Shown one piece after another: positions 11,195 to 25,379 of a stretch of 64,000 nucleotides of DNA. Below the pieces are notes generated by a model. It was not told the DNA's origin and ran no database searches. It was given only the letters and a program-made list of their open reading frames with translations. Both the position numbers and the translations under genes were made by a program. The stretch is from Tubiluchus corallicola (lineage: Eukaryota > Animalia > Priapulida), in assembly GCA_030141605.1 (NCBI GenBank), contig JAQGDQ010000061.1, positions 686,757-750,756 of the forward strand, written 5' to 3'. The first letter of the stretch is position 1, and the number at the start of each line of letters is the position of its first letter.

Positions 11195-11900
11195 AGGTTG
11201 TCATTACCCCAAGGCACAATTTATGTGTCGCACATTACGTAAAAACAAACCTTGAGTAATAACACAATTTTCTGTGAAAATATCCAGTCCAAGCAGGTGG
11301 GATTTTGAGAAAATGAGGTTAGCCTTCCATTAGCAAACCAGTCAAGATCGAAGGGAAATGGTAGATGGAAATTATTGAATGCAGGGGAAAAGTAGTCAGC
11401 ATTAAAAGCATAACGGGTGCTCAGAGCACTGAGCTGAATCGGTTTTTTGCTGTTAGTATTTCGCCAGAAGAGAATTTTTATTAAAACCACCACGTTAGAG
11501 CGCCATTTCAAGTGGTCAAATCGCTCATGCACATATAAAATTTAGCCGAGAACGCTGACTAAATGACCCGCAATTGCCGAAAACTATTCTACTTTCAACC
11601 TTGGGAACTGCTGGGTTAAAGAGAAAGCTATACAGCACTGTATTGCTATTGTTTGATCTATTCTTAAATGACTCAGTAGGCTAAGGTAATGTTATTACTT
11701 AGGGTACTTAGGATAATGTGCACATTTGGATTTTTGCAGTGATTCACCTTGTATTTGTATTAATATTTTATAAATACTATAAAAAGCTGGTTTAGGTCAC
11801 GTGACTTAATTTGAGTGTATAAAAACTGGATGGCCGACATTAGCCGATGGTCGACATTACCCCATTATATCCTACTGGGGTATAATGGGGTAATGGACAA
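11195..11900 (-). mobile_element. Decayed DNA transposon remnant (possibly pogo/Tc1-mariner-like) with TIR-like motifs
   Basis: CATTACCCC-type terminal motifs at ~11202 and ~11855, inverted at ~11881. Minus-strand ORF segment KKPIQLSALSTRYAFNADYFSPAFNN loosely resembles pogo-type RKPExLSxxRAxAFN. Confidence 0.3.
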
Positions 11901-12799
11901 ACACATATATTCTAAAGAAAATAGACAAGAATTAAGCTCTTTTTCGCAACCCGAACGGGTTGGGGCATTACTCTAAGCAAAAATATATCAAATTTTGCAC
12001 CAGTAGAAACGATGCATTTAAGGTAGGATATTCTTCAAAATTCAGATATGCTTCAGAAATTGCTGCTAATCCAGCATTGTTCGATGCCGTGCTTAGCCTT
12101 CAAGCATAAAGCTCGAGGAATGGCTTTTACAGCTTTGTGAAACAAACTCTCCAGTAGACGCATATTAAGTAAACTGCATATAGGAGAACTTCAAACTACA
12201 GGTAACGTTTAGGAACTAACTTTGCAGCTGCAGCAACAACGCCATGGTACTATTAAAAACTCGAAGAAAAATCGATATGCTGCACCAAACCCAAACCCAT
12301 CGATTTTGGTTGCAAATTATTTTTCTCTTCTGTGTTAATAGAACACGACCCTCCATTGATTCCTAATACAAAGCAATTAACTTGAAGATGTGAGAAGAGG
12401 CTTTATTAATGCAGCGAACCGAGCAAATAACTTGACGCTTTTTGCAAGAAAACTCGTGTCTATTTAGCTGCACACGCGTGCCAACAGATAACATCAATGA
12501 AAAAAAGATGCTGACACTAATAATAGCATTCGACCTTCAAGACTGTTGGCCATAAAATTAATTTAAGCAAGTCGAAATCAATTGGCGTCGTGTTGTGTAG
12601 TACGAATTAGTCTTCCTTTCATTAAAATAAAAAAGGCTGTTGTTAAAGGAAAGCCGTGACTCTACAGTCGCGTTCATTACCAATACAAACAATACAGTGC
12701 ACTACAACACAATGCAACAGCACAGCACAGCACAATACTGTACAACAAACGTCACTCCAATCTCTATTGCCTTTCGTTACCAAACCATAAATGTTTCTA

Positions 12800-13700
12800 C
12801 TGGTGAATTGGTGAATTTGAACTTGTTAAGGAACAGCAACAACGTAATGATTAAGACAAAAGTGCGTGTTAAAACACTAGAGGAAATTGAAAATGGCATG
12901 CAACAACAAAAAAATTAGTATACGATACGTATTGATATTGCAGGCCTCTCAACTACAGAATGACCGAAATTTCTGTATGTAACAGTAAGCCGACAGGGGA
13001 GATAGATGCCTACACTGCTTGACGAAATCAATAGCGTTTATCCTCCCCAGTGATACTAACAGCAACATTAGCTACCAGAGGAAGCCACTTTGCACGTGAT
13101 TCTCCCAGCGTGTGACCAACCCGCGCCATACAGAGATTCTTCCTCACCAATGACTGACGCACACACCAAACTGATGATTTGGGGGTTTAATATCAACACA
13201 GTGCACGTTGATTTGTCAGCACCCCCACAGAGGTTGACGCTGGAGATAGAAATTCATTCGTAAAATAAGGCAGATAGAAACTGGGACTCACGCAGACTCT
13301 GACTGGGACTGAAACAGATACGTACTTTCAGTAACAAAATATTCGATGGCGACTTCTACTGATCCTTGTGTTCTGGTACCTCAGAAATGATGACCTTGAT
13401 ATTTTGTGAAACCAGCAATTCCCTGTTTTCCTACCTATATTGAAAGACAGCAGAATGTGGCCGTTGGTACTTTCACAATGTTTGATCGAAGTTCACTAAT
13501 AGAACTATCTTGTCCATGGCCACAATGGCGCCATCAGACGGCCTCAAAAGCAAGCAGCTTTCTCAATAAATTTGATAATCGAGTAAATGAAATTAAATTA
13601 CACAACAGACGTGATAACGCTGCACAAAACGAATTTTCTACAATCGCAACTGATGAAAGCGTCATTGTAAATAAAGGTCAACTTGGAAAGAACTTTTAAA
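12800..13700 (+). mobile_element. Highly decayed LINE (RTE-like) endonuclease region
   Basis: Fragmentary translations in the expected order: IDIAGLS, KLMIWGFNIN, TGTHADSDW..RYVLS, WPQWRHQTASKASSFLNKFDNRVNEI. Interrupted by stops and frameshifts. Confidence 0.3.
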
Positions 13701-16700
13701 TTGAGACAGGTCTATGTAATCAGTTCAGCAAACATTAATTCTACATCAGTACATTAGCTTACAAGTCCTCTGGAGATGGAACTGAATGAGATTACACCTA
13801 TGCAATCTGGAATTACTTGCCACCGTTTGCTGGGTTATTAAATTGCTAAGCCAGCGATTTTCCCCCAAGATTTGCAAGTTGCAATTATTCCGGGCTTAAG
13901 GAGCGATTGCTCCCCGCACCCTTAAAGCTGTAATCCCAGTGATTTGCAGTTTTGTCTTCATCTGTTGATGGCGCGTTATTAGAAGCAATGGACTGTTTTG
14001 CAGCGGATGTAAACTAATTACAGGGTCTGCTAAGAGATTTAAAAGAAAATGTGCCGATTGGAGTCTAATTAAGTACAACGTACTGTACAAACTTATTCAG
14101 CCATAGTCGCCAGAATTGTTAAAAGCCACCTTTCTAGTTTTTATTTTAGAGGAATCATTTAGGAGCACTTCAGTCTTACGAAGCTGTTAACATATGTATA
14201 GTTAGTAAACTATGGTTTCGATAAGACTAGGTATACTTTTAGTAATTTCTGAACTCAACCATTTCGTCTCAAGCCGAAACTATCCCACTGATTTAATGCT
14301 ATGAACTTTCCCAAAAGCTGCTTCTTTTCGGTGTCCGCTCTGTGATTATACGTAACTACATCAATAATTTCAACAAAAGATATCTGCACTCGGTGTTTCC
14401 AATGTGGCAGATTCACGATAGCACCTAAATAGATAATACATCTGTACACAGATGTCCCGAATCGCCAAAGTTTGTACATCTTACACACAGTACACCATAT
14501 ACTCCAGTAAAATTGAAATTCTGATCGCGCGCAGTACGTCTTTGTTTATTGCTTAACCACAGACGAATGATTAAACCTTCTTCTGACGTCGTTTATCTAC
14601 TTTAGTGGAATTTTATCGTAGCAAGAGGAATGACTTGGTGCAATTTTTAAGGCCATTAAACCGCCGATTCTGAGCGAGTCTGTTAATAAAATTGGAATAC
14701 CAATGGAAGCCGAAGCTAGAGGAGACGGTGATTCGTACAGAGAAACAATAATGTACAGCATCTCAGAAAGCTTTAATTTACATTTTAAATCTTCAAGTCC
14801 CGGGATCTATTTTTCATTAACAAAAAATATATCTAATGTACTGAAAAAAGGTAGACGCAATTAATCCCAACTTTCCAAGAACATATGTAAACGGCTCCAA
14901 GTTTTAACTTCCATAGGCTTTAATAAGAGCTTTTGCTACTGTCTCCCGTGAGATTTCGTATTTTTTTAAACTACAGGATCAGTTTTACACCCATAAGAGG
15001 ATGTGCATATCATTAATAAAAAAATCCACAATTAAGAACAAGGAATTTCTGAACATTTTAATTAATTGTCACTAAGAATTAGTAGCATAGTATTTTATAT
15101 ATAGGGATGCTTAGAGGTTTTACAATTCTACACATATCGGAAATCTGCATTCAAAAAGGCACCTTTTTATTTGACAAAGTGACTTCCAGTAGCTCTGTGT
15201 AGTATGCATAGATACAAACAGGAAATCCTACGCACCTAAAACAACACCCTCACCGGATGGTTCGGTTAGAAAAGGGTGAATTATTTTCGACAACCCTCAA
15301 TTATTTCAGACAGAGGTGTCTCGCGTGTACAATCAACTTCATCGAAGAAAGAACCTGTTGCTATCTAGTCAAATAAATTATTGTCTTTTAGTCGCACAAT
15401 GCATGGTCTGAAAAGCAGTTTCGAACAATAATAGAAGAATATCTTTAATAACTGCAGCCAGGGAGGTTACTAGGCAGACATCGATATGAATTTACTAACG
15501 CAATTTCCACCAACTCAATGAATCAGTTTTGTTAGTAATTTAAAATACGAAAGAGTTTTTTCACTAATTAATTATGACTGTGATTGCCAGACTTATTTTA
15601 TAAACCATTGCAGTTTATTTTGCTAATTATTACCCACTGCTGATAATTAGATGAAGAAAAGGGACGCTAGAAAATTGTTGACCAATCGGGATTTGAACCC
15701 GAGTTTTTTTTTCTGTTAATAATTTTTAAATTAATGGGTTGAAGAAAAGTTTTTGACAGAGACTGAACTACAGTCTTATTATGCTGCCTGAGCGTGTTAT
15801 CACACTCAGTAATACCCAGCCCACTTTTAGAAGTTCCAATCGGGATATATTCCTTGTCAACTTTTTCAAAGCAGTTATCCTTTCGTTACTAAAATGCTTA
15901 GGAAAAGCCAAGCCTTAGCACAAAACCCTGACGAAGGTAATATCTACACCTTATTAACCAAGAAGACTCTGTCGCAAAGCCCAGAGGTAATGACACTTGA
16001 CACCATGTGCATATGACACCTCTTATTGATCCATTGCCATCAAGAGAAGTTCACAAAGGTACAAGTAGCTCTTCGCTATGCTCATTAAAGACCATAACCC
16101 GTCTCATTAACCAAGAGCTATTACAGCTCCTAACAGGAACCACTGTCCAGTAAACAGCTGATGTGACTCATATTCCATTCTCTCTCCTCCGCGGCCACAT
16201 AATTCATCACCTAGCCATAAATAGCATACAATAATAATGATAGGACACATATAGATAGAAGTGTACAGGCTGCAGGCTATTGTGTATATTGTATACACAA
16301 CGGGCTGTGCACATTATTATAAGCTGCTGCATACAAAAGCACGAGTAAACACATTTAATATTGGAATTTTCTGAATGAATTCGACCATTCAACTCCTGCA
16401 CGGAAGCTGTTGTTGCTATGGAAGACGCAGTGCTGAGAAAAAGGTGAAAGTATTGTGTTCCACAGCAGCATCAGTGTGAGTCATACCAAGGATAATCACT
16501 TAGAAAGCTGGTCATGTACTCCTTAGTGAACGAGATACAGGGTTTCTCTACAAGGAGTCACAGGGCTTCTTTATTAGCAAAATGTGATTAAAAGCTTTGG
16601 ATGTAGGCATATCGAGCTTTTTACACTTGGCAGGTTGGGGATGTTTTCTTACGAAAAATAAAATTTCACTATGTAAAGCAGATTCTTTCCACACCACCAT

Positions 16701-16850
16701 CTTTTGGTTGGTCGGACAATCAGACACGTACGTATACACGTAACTTAGTCATTAGTTCCTATATTGCTGTGTAAAATGTGTAATGTAAAGAGAAAAAAGA
16801 GCAAAGAAAAAGGGGGAGAAAGAGGAGGAAAGGAGAGAGACAAAGGAGTT

Positions 16851-16855
16851 AGAGT

Positions 16856-16910
<55 letters not shown>
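16851..16910. repeat. (GA)n microsatellite
   Basis: About 25 perfect AG units at 16861-16910 with a purine-rich left flank. Confidence 0.98.
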
Positions 16911-16915
<5 letters not shown>

Positions 16916-19900
16916 TTCATCTGAATAATAATTTGTTTGAAATCAAAAAAGGTGACGAAAAGGGTAAGACTGTAACAATAGCTAGTCAGTCAAGAGATGA
17001 TTTTTGTCAGTTTTAAAAGGCAGCTTCTTAATATTCATGACCAGACTTAGACTACATACAAAAAATGTCCATATTGCCTTGCCTTCAATTTACCAGCAGG
17101 AAATGAAAGCTATATAGCTGCATGCAGACGAGGGTATACCCAAACAAAAGCATGAAGAAATCGATTGAGTTGGTTTACTCTGTATATTCCATACAATCTA
17201 CTACAGGAAATCAGTTTTACTCAGTAACTATTTCATTTTATAAACTCTTTGTTGAGAGGCGTGCATACATTTAACACGTTTGAAGCAATGGTTGCTACAT
17301 TATACAGAAATGTTTGCCCACCTTTAACAAAGCCTGCATTCCAGCCATTCCCACCCAGTTGTACATTAGGAGCTCTATGGTTTGTTAATCACATTCCAGA
17401 GAAGGAGTTAATCCCAGCTACTCAGAAATAAACTACTTTGGAGGAGGAGAAATAGGTAATTAGTGCACTTAACAACAGCATTGTAGTCATACGGATCTTG
17501 GCTCAGCGCGACCTTCTAAATACTTTAATATTACTTTTCATGGGTGGCGCTAGTTGAAAACACCTTGCGATGCATCTATGACTCCAATGTTGGGATAATA
17601 AATACTGCAAAGCATATAGTCTTACTATTCAAAAGAAAATGAATGCATTAGACCTTGCACAACCTTTTGTGGACATGTAGCTATACTTAATACAGCAAAC
17701 TTGTGTTAATAATGACACTAAATACGGTAAAAGTTTACAGTAATATGATAAGTAGCAATTACAGTCAAGTGAGGTGACCATGGGTTGAAATTCACCAGAT
17801 GAAATTAAGTGAAACATCATGGGATTAGTTGAGAGTTTAGCTCTACCAAACAGTTAGTGTTCACTTTCATTCAAACTGGATACATTGCCCCTCCTAAACG
17901 CTGTCCTAGCTAATCCACGGTTAGCGAACGATCAGTTCCATATCACTGCCCCACAAAAGCTTTAGGGCTCATGCAGCCCCCAGGGTCCTTGAACTAGCAG
18001 CGTTCTAATCTGACGGGTCTATAAATGTTGATAGATTTCTTGATTATGTAGTGTTAACTGCATTTTTCAGGATAAATTTGCGAGGCATTATGAGTGTCGT
18101 TCTTCCAACCAGTTGAAACTATAGCATGTGCGAAATGATTCATATGCCGTTTTACCAGTTAATTACATTCTCATGACCACTACGTTTTGTACTGGATAAC
18201 AAAGACTACCAAATTAAAGGTGCCAAAATTGAGAAAAATTTTGCCGCCAGCCTAAGATCATTAACCATCCTGCAACAAAAACTACGTAATTATAACACTC
18301 TCTGAAGCGATCAGCCACATTTTCACCCTTTCAAATTCAAACCTTTTCACAGCTCATAACAAGTTTGGGTTTTTCTAAGTATAGGCGTGGGTCAACAAAA
18401 AATGAAAGGCTCTCCGTTTTATGGACTGTAAAAATATTATGGGACCAAAAGAAGAAAATGTGAAAGTATTTTGCAAAACACACAACACCAGCAAACCGCT
18501 CAAACAACTCTTTACTAATCATGTTTAGCTTGTCTCAGGACGAATTTTCAGCACAACAAACTATGATCCAACGACAACAGACAAAGGAATTTAAGGACGG
18601 TAGTAAATTAAATTCACCGGCATAGGAATTTACCAAGATGTCATTCAATTGTTGTGAAAAGACCCTACGAACAAATGGAATTAGACTCCAGAAACAGAAG
18701 ACAACATGAAAGCCGACATCCAAGTATTATTGTACTCGTGTAACTGATCTTTAAGTAGAAAGACATCCAAATCAAATACGTAAATTAATTAATGATCTGC
18801 AATTTTTAGGGAGGAAACATGCAGACATGAGATAAAGAGCATCCAAGCATTAGTATAAGATAAATAAAACCGATTAACGATGCTACAATAAAAGACATAG
18901 CATAGCTTGTGCTTTTTAGCTCCGTTTTACAATAAAAGAATGCATGTAATTTGTAAAAAGACCATAGGCAACTTTTGTTATAGAAATTTTTGCTAATTAT
19001 TTGAGGAATGAGGATGTCAAATAGCGCTAACTTTAACTAACTAGACACACAGGCGTGGTGAGTCAATGAAGGCGCTGCGAGTAACACTTGTTCAGAGCCA
19101 ATAGAATTTTTTCATATGGACTTTCCAAGTTATCTTACAGGCCACTAGAATACAAGTCTGAGCTTTTTAAAAACTATCTGTGTCTACACAGTGTGTAAGC
19201 AGAAAGTTTAGTATAGTTTGTCCATTAAGTTTGGCCCAAGAGTGCGTCGCAGTTTCTGAAAGCTGTTGAAAGAAAGAAAAAAGATGGTTGAAACTGAAAA
19301 CATCTGGCCAACACATTAGGACCTGTACAGCTGTGCGCTACAGAAAAAACATCATTTATCAGTAAAAATATGCAGAGTTTTAAAAAGGCTAGTTTGAGCT
19401 TTTATGTGCTCCGATATGCAGGTTTTTAACATTAAGGTTAGCTTTAAATGCCCCGAACAAAACAAAAACCACTTGTGTTGACGAACACAAAAGCCACTGT
19501 GCACGAAATAATGCTGCTTCAAGTTCAACTACTGAAAGAAAACCTACTACAAGAAAAAGCAGAGGAATGCCTTTTGGAAAACTACATGTCAGAGACTATT
19601 AAATTGCAAAGTTTGCAGTTTCTTTTTGAACTAAGTATAACCTCTTTAAGAGTTTGTATTGTTTTTAGTTTTGTAATATACAGTAGTGTTTTCAATGTAC
19701 TGTACCTGTACACAGTTATGCGCAGTGATGACAAGCAAAAATAAAATTATATTCACTGTGACTGATTAAAAAAAATCAATAAATTTGTAGTTGCCGGACA
19801 ACAGCTCAGCATACTTCTGGCATGCAATCTTGATTGTATTATAGACTATAGCAGAGTGCATTATATAGTTTTCCACAAAAACTGTTTCCGTTGTGACTAT

Positions 19901-21392
19901 TGTGTCAAGAATTTGCGAATGTACTAGTAAAGCGACAAACAATAACTTAAATAACTAATGTTAAATTAGTAATACATGATTCACATAAATGCTTCAACTC
20001 GAGGATACGACGAGAAGGCCAATAGTTTAGTTACTATGATTAGGCGTGTACCTACAGTATGTGACATTCGTTTATTATGAAACTCATGCACGACCACCAC
20101 GACTATCTCTTAATGCCAAACAGCTTAATCAAACTGAATGCACGAAAATTCCACTCTGAAATATACAATAATTAAAAACCTAGTTTTAGCTTATGACAGA
20201 AGTGTTAAACTACAATAAAGCTAGTAACGTTCAAGAGGGTCACGCATTGTCCTGACCAGTATTCACGTTTTTGTCAATGGAGTTAATTTAAATTTCAAAT
20301 TCTGCACAAGAAGAACGGAACAGGAGCAGAACTAAAACCAGTTCCTCGTTTCTCACTGACGTAGTCCCAAATCTGTTAAAAGGTAGCAATTACTGCCTTC
20401 CAAAGAACTCGGGGCGACGTTCGGCTGGCTTACAAAACGAAACAAAGGATTGGTTTAGCGGATACACTCAATGCGAGATTTTTTAAGGGTATTGTTTGTA
20501 AAATGAACCCTCTGTGTCAGAGCGCAAAGTACAGCCAGGGGCTGTTACGGCACGGGCTGGCAAGGTGTGGTTTTAAACCGAGTCGACATCGCGGATACGA
20601 ATAGGTACTGTGTTTAAACTACTTCAGCGACCATTCCACGACTTATTCAAATTCTGCAGGCTTTCCGAAAACAACGTTCTGCATTGAAACGAGAAGAGGG
20701 GTAAACAAAATCAGCGAGTACGATGTTTGAATCAGGTTACACTGCTAGGCATTGATGGAGTAGCTAAGAAAACAAATTTTGTATAGGAAGTGGCAATAGT
20801 AATGACACAATGCAAATGTTTATAAACGAGCACTGAAAAATACCCGTTGAGATAATATGGGCTATTAGTGCAAAACGTGTGTAACTAAAAAAGAAACTTC
20901 TTGAAAAAGATGATTTTTGTTGATAACTTTTAGTTTTGCATGAAAACTGTGAATTAGTCACTTAATAGCTTCACAAAACCCAAATTCAAAAGAGAAATGC
21001 TCTGTCAAAGCACAAAAATGAGTCAAATAAGTAAAAAAGAGTTTTTCTGAATATCCGCTAGTTTTTCCTGTCAAATTCCCCTTTTCAGCAGTTTGGTAAA
21101 ATTGTTTAGTCCTTCCTCAAAGCAAAGCATATCCGACTCTTTTCTAATGTTATCTGTTTTTATAAAGTGCACTAAATTAGTAAAAAAATACTTGTTGCAA
21201 GAAAAGTTGTTGTTTTCTGTCTCTTTGGGGCGATTATGATACAATGCTAGGTTCTTTTTTATGTACATACACGTAATGTATTACTTATGCAAACATTATG
21301 CAATGTAAATTGCAAATAGGTTTATAAATTCTGCTGAATATTTTGCATTAATCATTTGGGTAAATTAACATTACGGATATTTTACAACTCAC

Positions 21393-21584
21393 CTTTTTCA
21401 ACTTGCCGTCTCCTGTACCAACGAAGGCCACTGTTACACCCTGTACTTGAGTGGTGACCACAGATGTGAGTTGTGTTCTGCCATATGTCAACAATGGCTT
21501 GGCAGTGACTGGAAACTGACCATCTAGGTGAATGTTGATGTCAATGTCAATGGCACAAAAATCATCCTCAATGACTAGAGGGCT
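21393..21584 (-). CDS. PlexB: Plexin coding exon 2 (Sema)
   Basis: TTTTCAG|SPLVIEDDFCAID...TVAFVGTGDGKLKK|GTGAGT; 192 nt, phase 0-0; typical plexin 'VAFxGTxxGxLKK'. Confidence 0.95.
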
Positions 21585-22557
21585 CTGAAAATGGCAGAGG
21601 AAAGAAAAAATTATAAAACATGTTCTACATGGCAACTATAAATAACTAATTTTTATAAATTTTAGTACTAAATTTGCAGTGCAATTAGACGGCTGTTAAA
21701 ATAAATGAAATGTGTAACAGTTATTTTTTACGTAGGGTGGATTTAGTTTAATTTTAAGTGGTTGTGGAAGGACTGGAACCAATCCAGTAAGAGTAAACCT
21801 TTTTAGCACGTGAACTTCAATGAGGTAAAAAATCAGATGATTACAGCGGTGAAACCATCCAAAAGCAAATTTCCTGACGGTCACCCATCCATTATTTAGA
21901 GCATGGAGTTGTTTAACTTTGGCTAAAAAGCACCGACCGCGGCCATTAAGATATTCCCCTTGCTGAACGTATTATAACAAAAAACTTATTAAAAAACCGA
22001 AAACAAATGTGGCTAACTATGTTCCCAAAACATTATCACTTATCCAGTTTTAGACCATGTCGAGCAATATCCACCACATTTGAGTTGCAGCTGTGTTACA
22101 ATGCAGATGGAAAAATGTCAAATCTGAATGATGAAAATATCAGAGAAATATTACAAAAACTCCCAGTGATAAAAGGAAAGACATGAAAGAAAAACTCTCT
22201 CTTCAAAAAGCTGTTAATGGTGTTTTGGGACTCTTTTTGGTTAACGTGTAAAGTCAGCCGGCTCGTTTATCAAATCGCATAGCTTTGTCCTTAACTTGCC
22301 TATTGATCAAACAGTAAAAACTTCCAGAGAAAAGAGCCATAGCATGCTGCAGCTGCAATACAAAGAAACTGGTGGACGGCAATTTTTAGTAATTGAAAGT
22401 CTAGTGGTTTTATGTGTGTGAGAGAGGTCACAATAAGTTGAATATGAATATGAGAAGGTGGAGGGAAAAACCTGGGGATTTTCTCTAATTTTTCGTAAGA
22501 GGAAACGCCATAAGAAGAGAAACGTGCTTTTAGTGACTTCGGACTATGGCTAATTAG

Positions 22558-22690
22558 AATCCAGGTAAAAAAGTCACAGGTAAAAAAGTCGCAGGACAAA
22601 AGTCACAAAAAAGAAATAATCCTAACCACAATTAAATTTAATTAATTGTGACTTTTTTTCTTAGCCAAAATTGACTCATGTGACTGTATT
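22558..22690. mobile_element. MITE-like element with tandem 14-bp subterminal repeats
   Basis: CAGGTAAAAAAGTCA-like unit three times, then inverted TGTGACTTTTTTTC, with a central AATCCTAACC. Confidence 0.55.
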
Positions 22691-22854
22691 ACAGTCACTG
22701 GGTAGCCATTATGTAACCAGTATGTCTGGCATTATTAATTAATGCCAAGTATTACTGTTTTACAATATTATATGAATTTATGCACATTATCATAGGTCAA
22801 TAAGTTTTGCTCAGTCTTAGGCATCAATTATTTTGTAATGTAGTATGAGAAACT

Positions 22855-22872
22855 GATAATAATAATAACAAC

Positions 22873-22910
<38 letters not shown>
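22855..22910. repeat. (AAT)n microsatellite
   Basis: About 17 near-perfect AAT units. Confidence 0.97.
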
Positions 22911-22911
<1 letters not shown>

Positions 22912-23352
22912 TGAATAGGAAAGTAACTAGTCTAATATGCATAAATCAATATCTATTTAAAGCGCAGAATAAAATTGTGTGTAAGATATAATACAATATA
23001 CCGTCAAGCGGGATACAATGAAATGCAATATAATGTTATGTCATGTATTTCATGCACAATATAATATACCAGATTAAGTTAATTTAATACTGGGCCTATA
23101 CATTCAAATAGTTTCAAGCAGTTTGACGCTTTGCACTACTGTATACAACCCACATTTATTTGGACCCAAAAATACAACTTGTTTATGTATTTTCATATTA
23201 TGCATAGCTGTGTAGTGTGTGATTATGTGATAAAAATTAATGCAAAATTTTCAATGAAATTCATTTAATATAACTTTATGATACATGTATTACAGTACAT
23301 TACTGCGAATATGAATTAAAAAATTCATAAATTCATCTGTCATTGACAAGAT

Positions 23353-23515
23353 GGTTTAGTCTAGTGGTAACGCGTCAGTCCGCTTTCCGTCTGAGAGGTC
23401 GTGAGTTCGATACGACGTCCGGGAAATAGTTCTTTGAGCTAATGTTAATTGTTCATCCAAAGCCGACTTCAAATAAAGATTATTATTAAATAATAATAAT
23501 AATTATTATTATTAC
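23353..23515 (+). mobile_element. tRNA-derived SINE
   Basis: Pol III A box TAGTCTAGTGG (23357-23367), B box GTTCGATAC (23405-23413), short body, then AATAAA and a (TTA/TAA)n tail. The acceptor stem is not intact, so it is not a tRNA gene. Confidence 0.75.
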
Positions 23516-25379
23516 TAAAAAATGAAATGCAAGTCTGGTAGTGGTGACGGCATGATGGGATGTTATGGCATTTGATGACGATACAGAATCTACAACAATT
23601 AAAATTATTCCCATTACATGTCGAATAAATGATGCATCAGAGATGCTATCAATGCAAGATCAATGGACCATTTACACGCATTTTCCATTAACAAAACACA
23701 AATTTCACCACATCAGATGATAGAAATGTACTCAAATGCCACTGCCATTAAGCAAAACACCACAATAAATGCATTGTTCTGCATGTGTAATGTTTTACAG
23801 CTATTTCTCGAGGGTGTTTGGATTATAATGGATCCATTATTTTTATTACCACAAGCGACAATAAATTTAAAAATGCACAGACGACCTCCTTCATCCTCTG
23901 TATCTTGACCTAATTTTCACATGAACGGTTTTTTCGAAGGCGCCAATGGGATGCATTGCAAATCAAGTTATTTAGAACCACAGTCTACTGAATTTCACTG
24001 AGTAATATTAACTTTTAGTAGCACATTTATATCATAGGTTGGAAATTACAAACTGCATGTAACATATCTTGTATACTAATACGTTATATACACTACAGTT
24101 CTGATTATAAATTTCTACTCTCTTTTAACATTTATTAAAAAAATTGTTAAATCTATAGATACATTTTCATTTATTTTCAAGTATTCACTATTCACTTAAG
24201 CACTCGATTTAGTCAATTTTAATCTAAATTTTACTTGTAAGTGTAGTTTGAAATGAGTGGGTATAAGCAAACCTACATTAACTTCGTGAAAAACGTGAAA
24301 CTGATGCAGGAAATGTATTTAAAGTTTATATGTTCAAAATGAGTTTCGTCGAAAGTGGTGCTGACAAGCCACTGGCATAGCAGTGTCTAGTTTCTTGTTG
24401 GATTCTGCTGTTTACCTGTTTCAAGGGCAGGTTTCTTGTATTTTAGAGTTCAACCTGGCCAGTGTCTACAATAGACGTAATGGGCATATGGTGATGAAGA
24501 TGTTCAAAATGATTTACAGGGGAATTATGAATAGTAAAAATGTACATCTTTAATTTTCTACAAATAAATACACTTTTCTAAAAAGTTCGCTGTAATTATT
24601 TACCTCCTACTGGTTAAATTAAGTTCGTCATTAGTGGATTATTTGCTAAAATGGTCGTTTCCTCAGCAGACAAGTAATTCAATAGTAATTTTCATCCGTG
24701 TAGACCGTATGATCTGATACTGATTACTACTGGCGAACATAATCAGCAGGGCAGTCTTGATAACATAATGGCCAAGTTTAATCATTCCGAAATTGATGAT
24801 TACATTTTTGCAATCATTTTAGAGGCATTTGCATTGTAGACTGTACATAGATAGTGCAATCGCACGTGAAAGCGCTAATCAATGAGAGCCAAGCTACTTT
24901 CACATGTAATTGTAATTAAATACATAGATGAAAAGAAAGAGAAAACCTCAGCGGACACTTTTATGGTAACAGAAAATAAGATGGATAAGGGACATGTGCT
25001 TGCTAAGATTTAATAAACACTTATTTGGAAACGAAAGCAATTTGGCAACCAGGAGTTGCAACGCATCGCGTACTAGATAAGTAGGACCAGATAAGCTCAC
25101 TAACCTTAAATTTGCACATCTTTTTTGACCAATTGTAGCTGCGATTTTGACATGAGATAAAAGTACATCCCATCCAAAATGAAACCCAACTGTTAGCTTT
25201 CTATAAGTCAGTTAACTACCCTTTAATTTAACCAGCTACATCGATGGTAAAGCACTCGAGACCCTAGTGGAAGAGTGCGACTCAACTTATCGACAGTAAC
25301 AAGCTATATAACCTAGATTACCTAACCGAAAATCCATTTAGCGCTAGGCACTAATACAGAACTATGGCTTCACCCAAAT

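Noticed and set aside
15670-15705. tRNA on the minus strand (GGGTTCAAATCCCG)
   Set aside because: Only an isolated B-box/T-arm fragment; no A box or cloverleaf.
15925-15960. Additional hammerhead (CCTGACGAAGG...)
   Set aside because: No downstream GAAA after a stem II, so the core is incomplete.
18337-18723. Two minus-strand ORFs as extra plexin exons
   Set aside because: Exons 2 and 3 already join in frame with continuous Sema sequence; these ORFs at most weakly resemble decayed LINE RT.
23353-23425. tRNA gene
   Set aside because: A and B boxes are present, but there is no paired acceptor stem and a LINE-like tail follows; better explained as a SINE.
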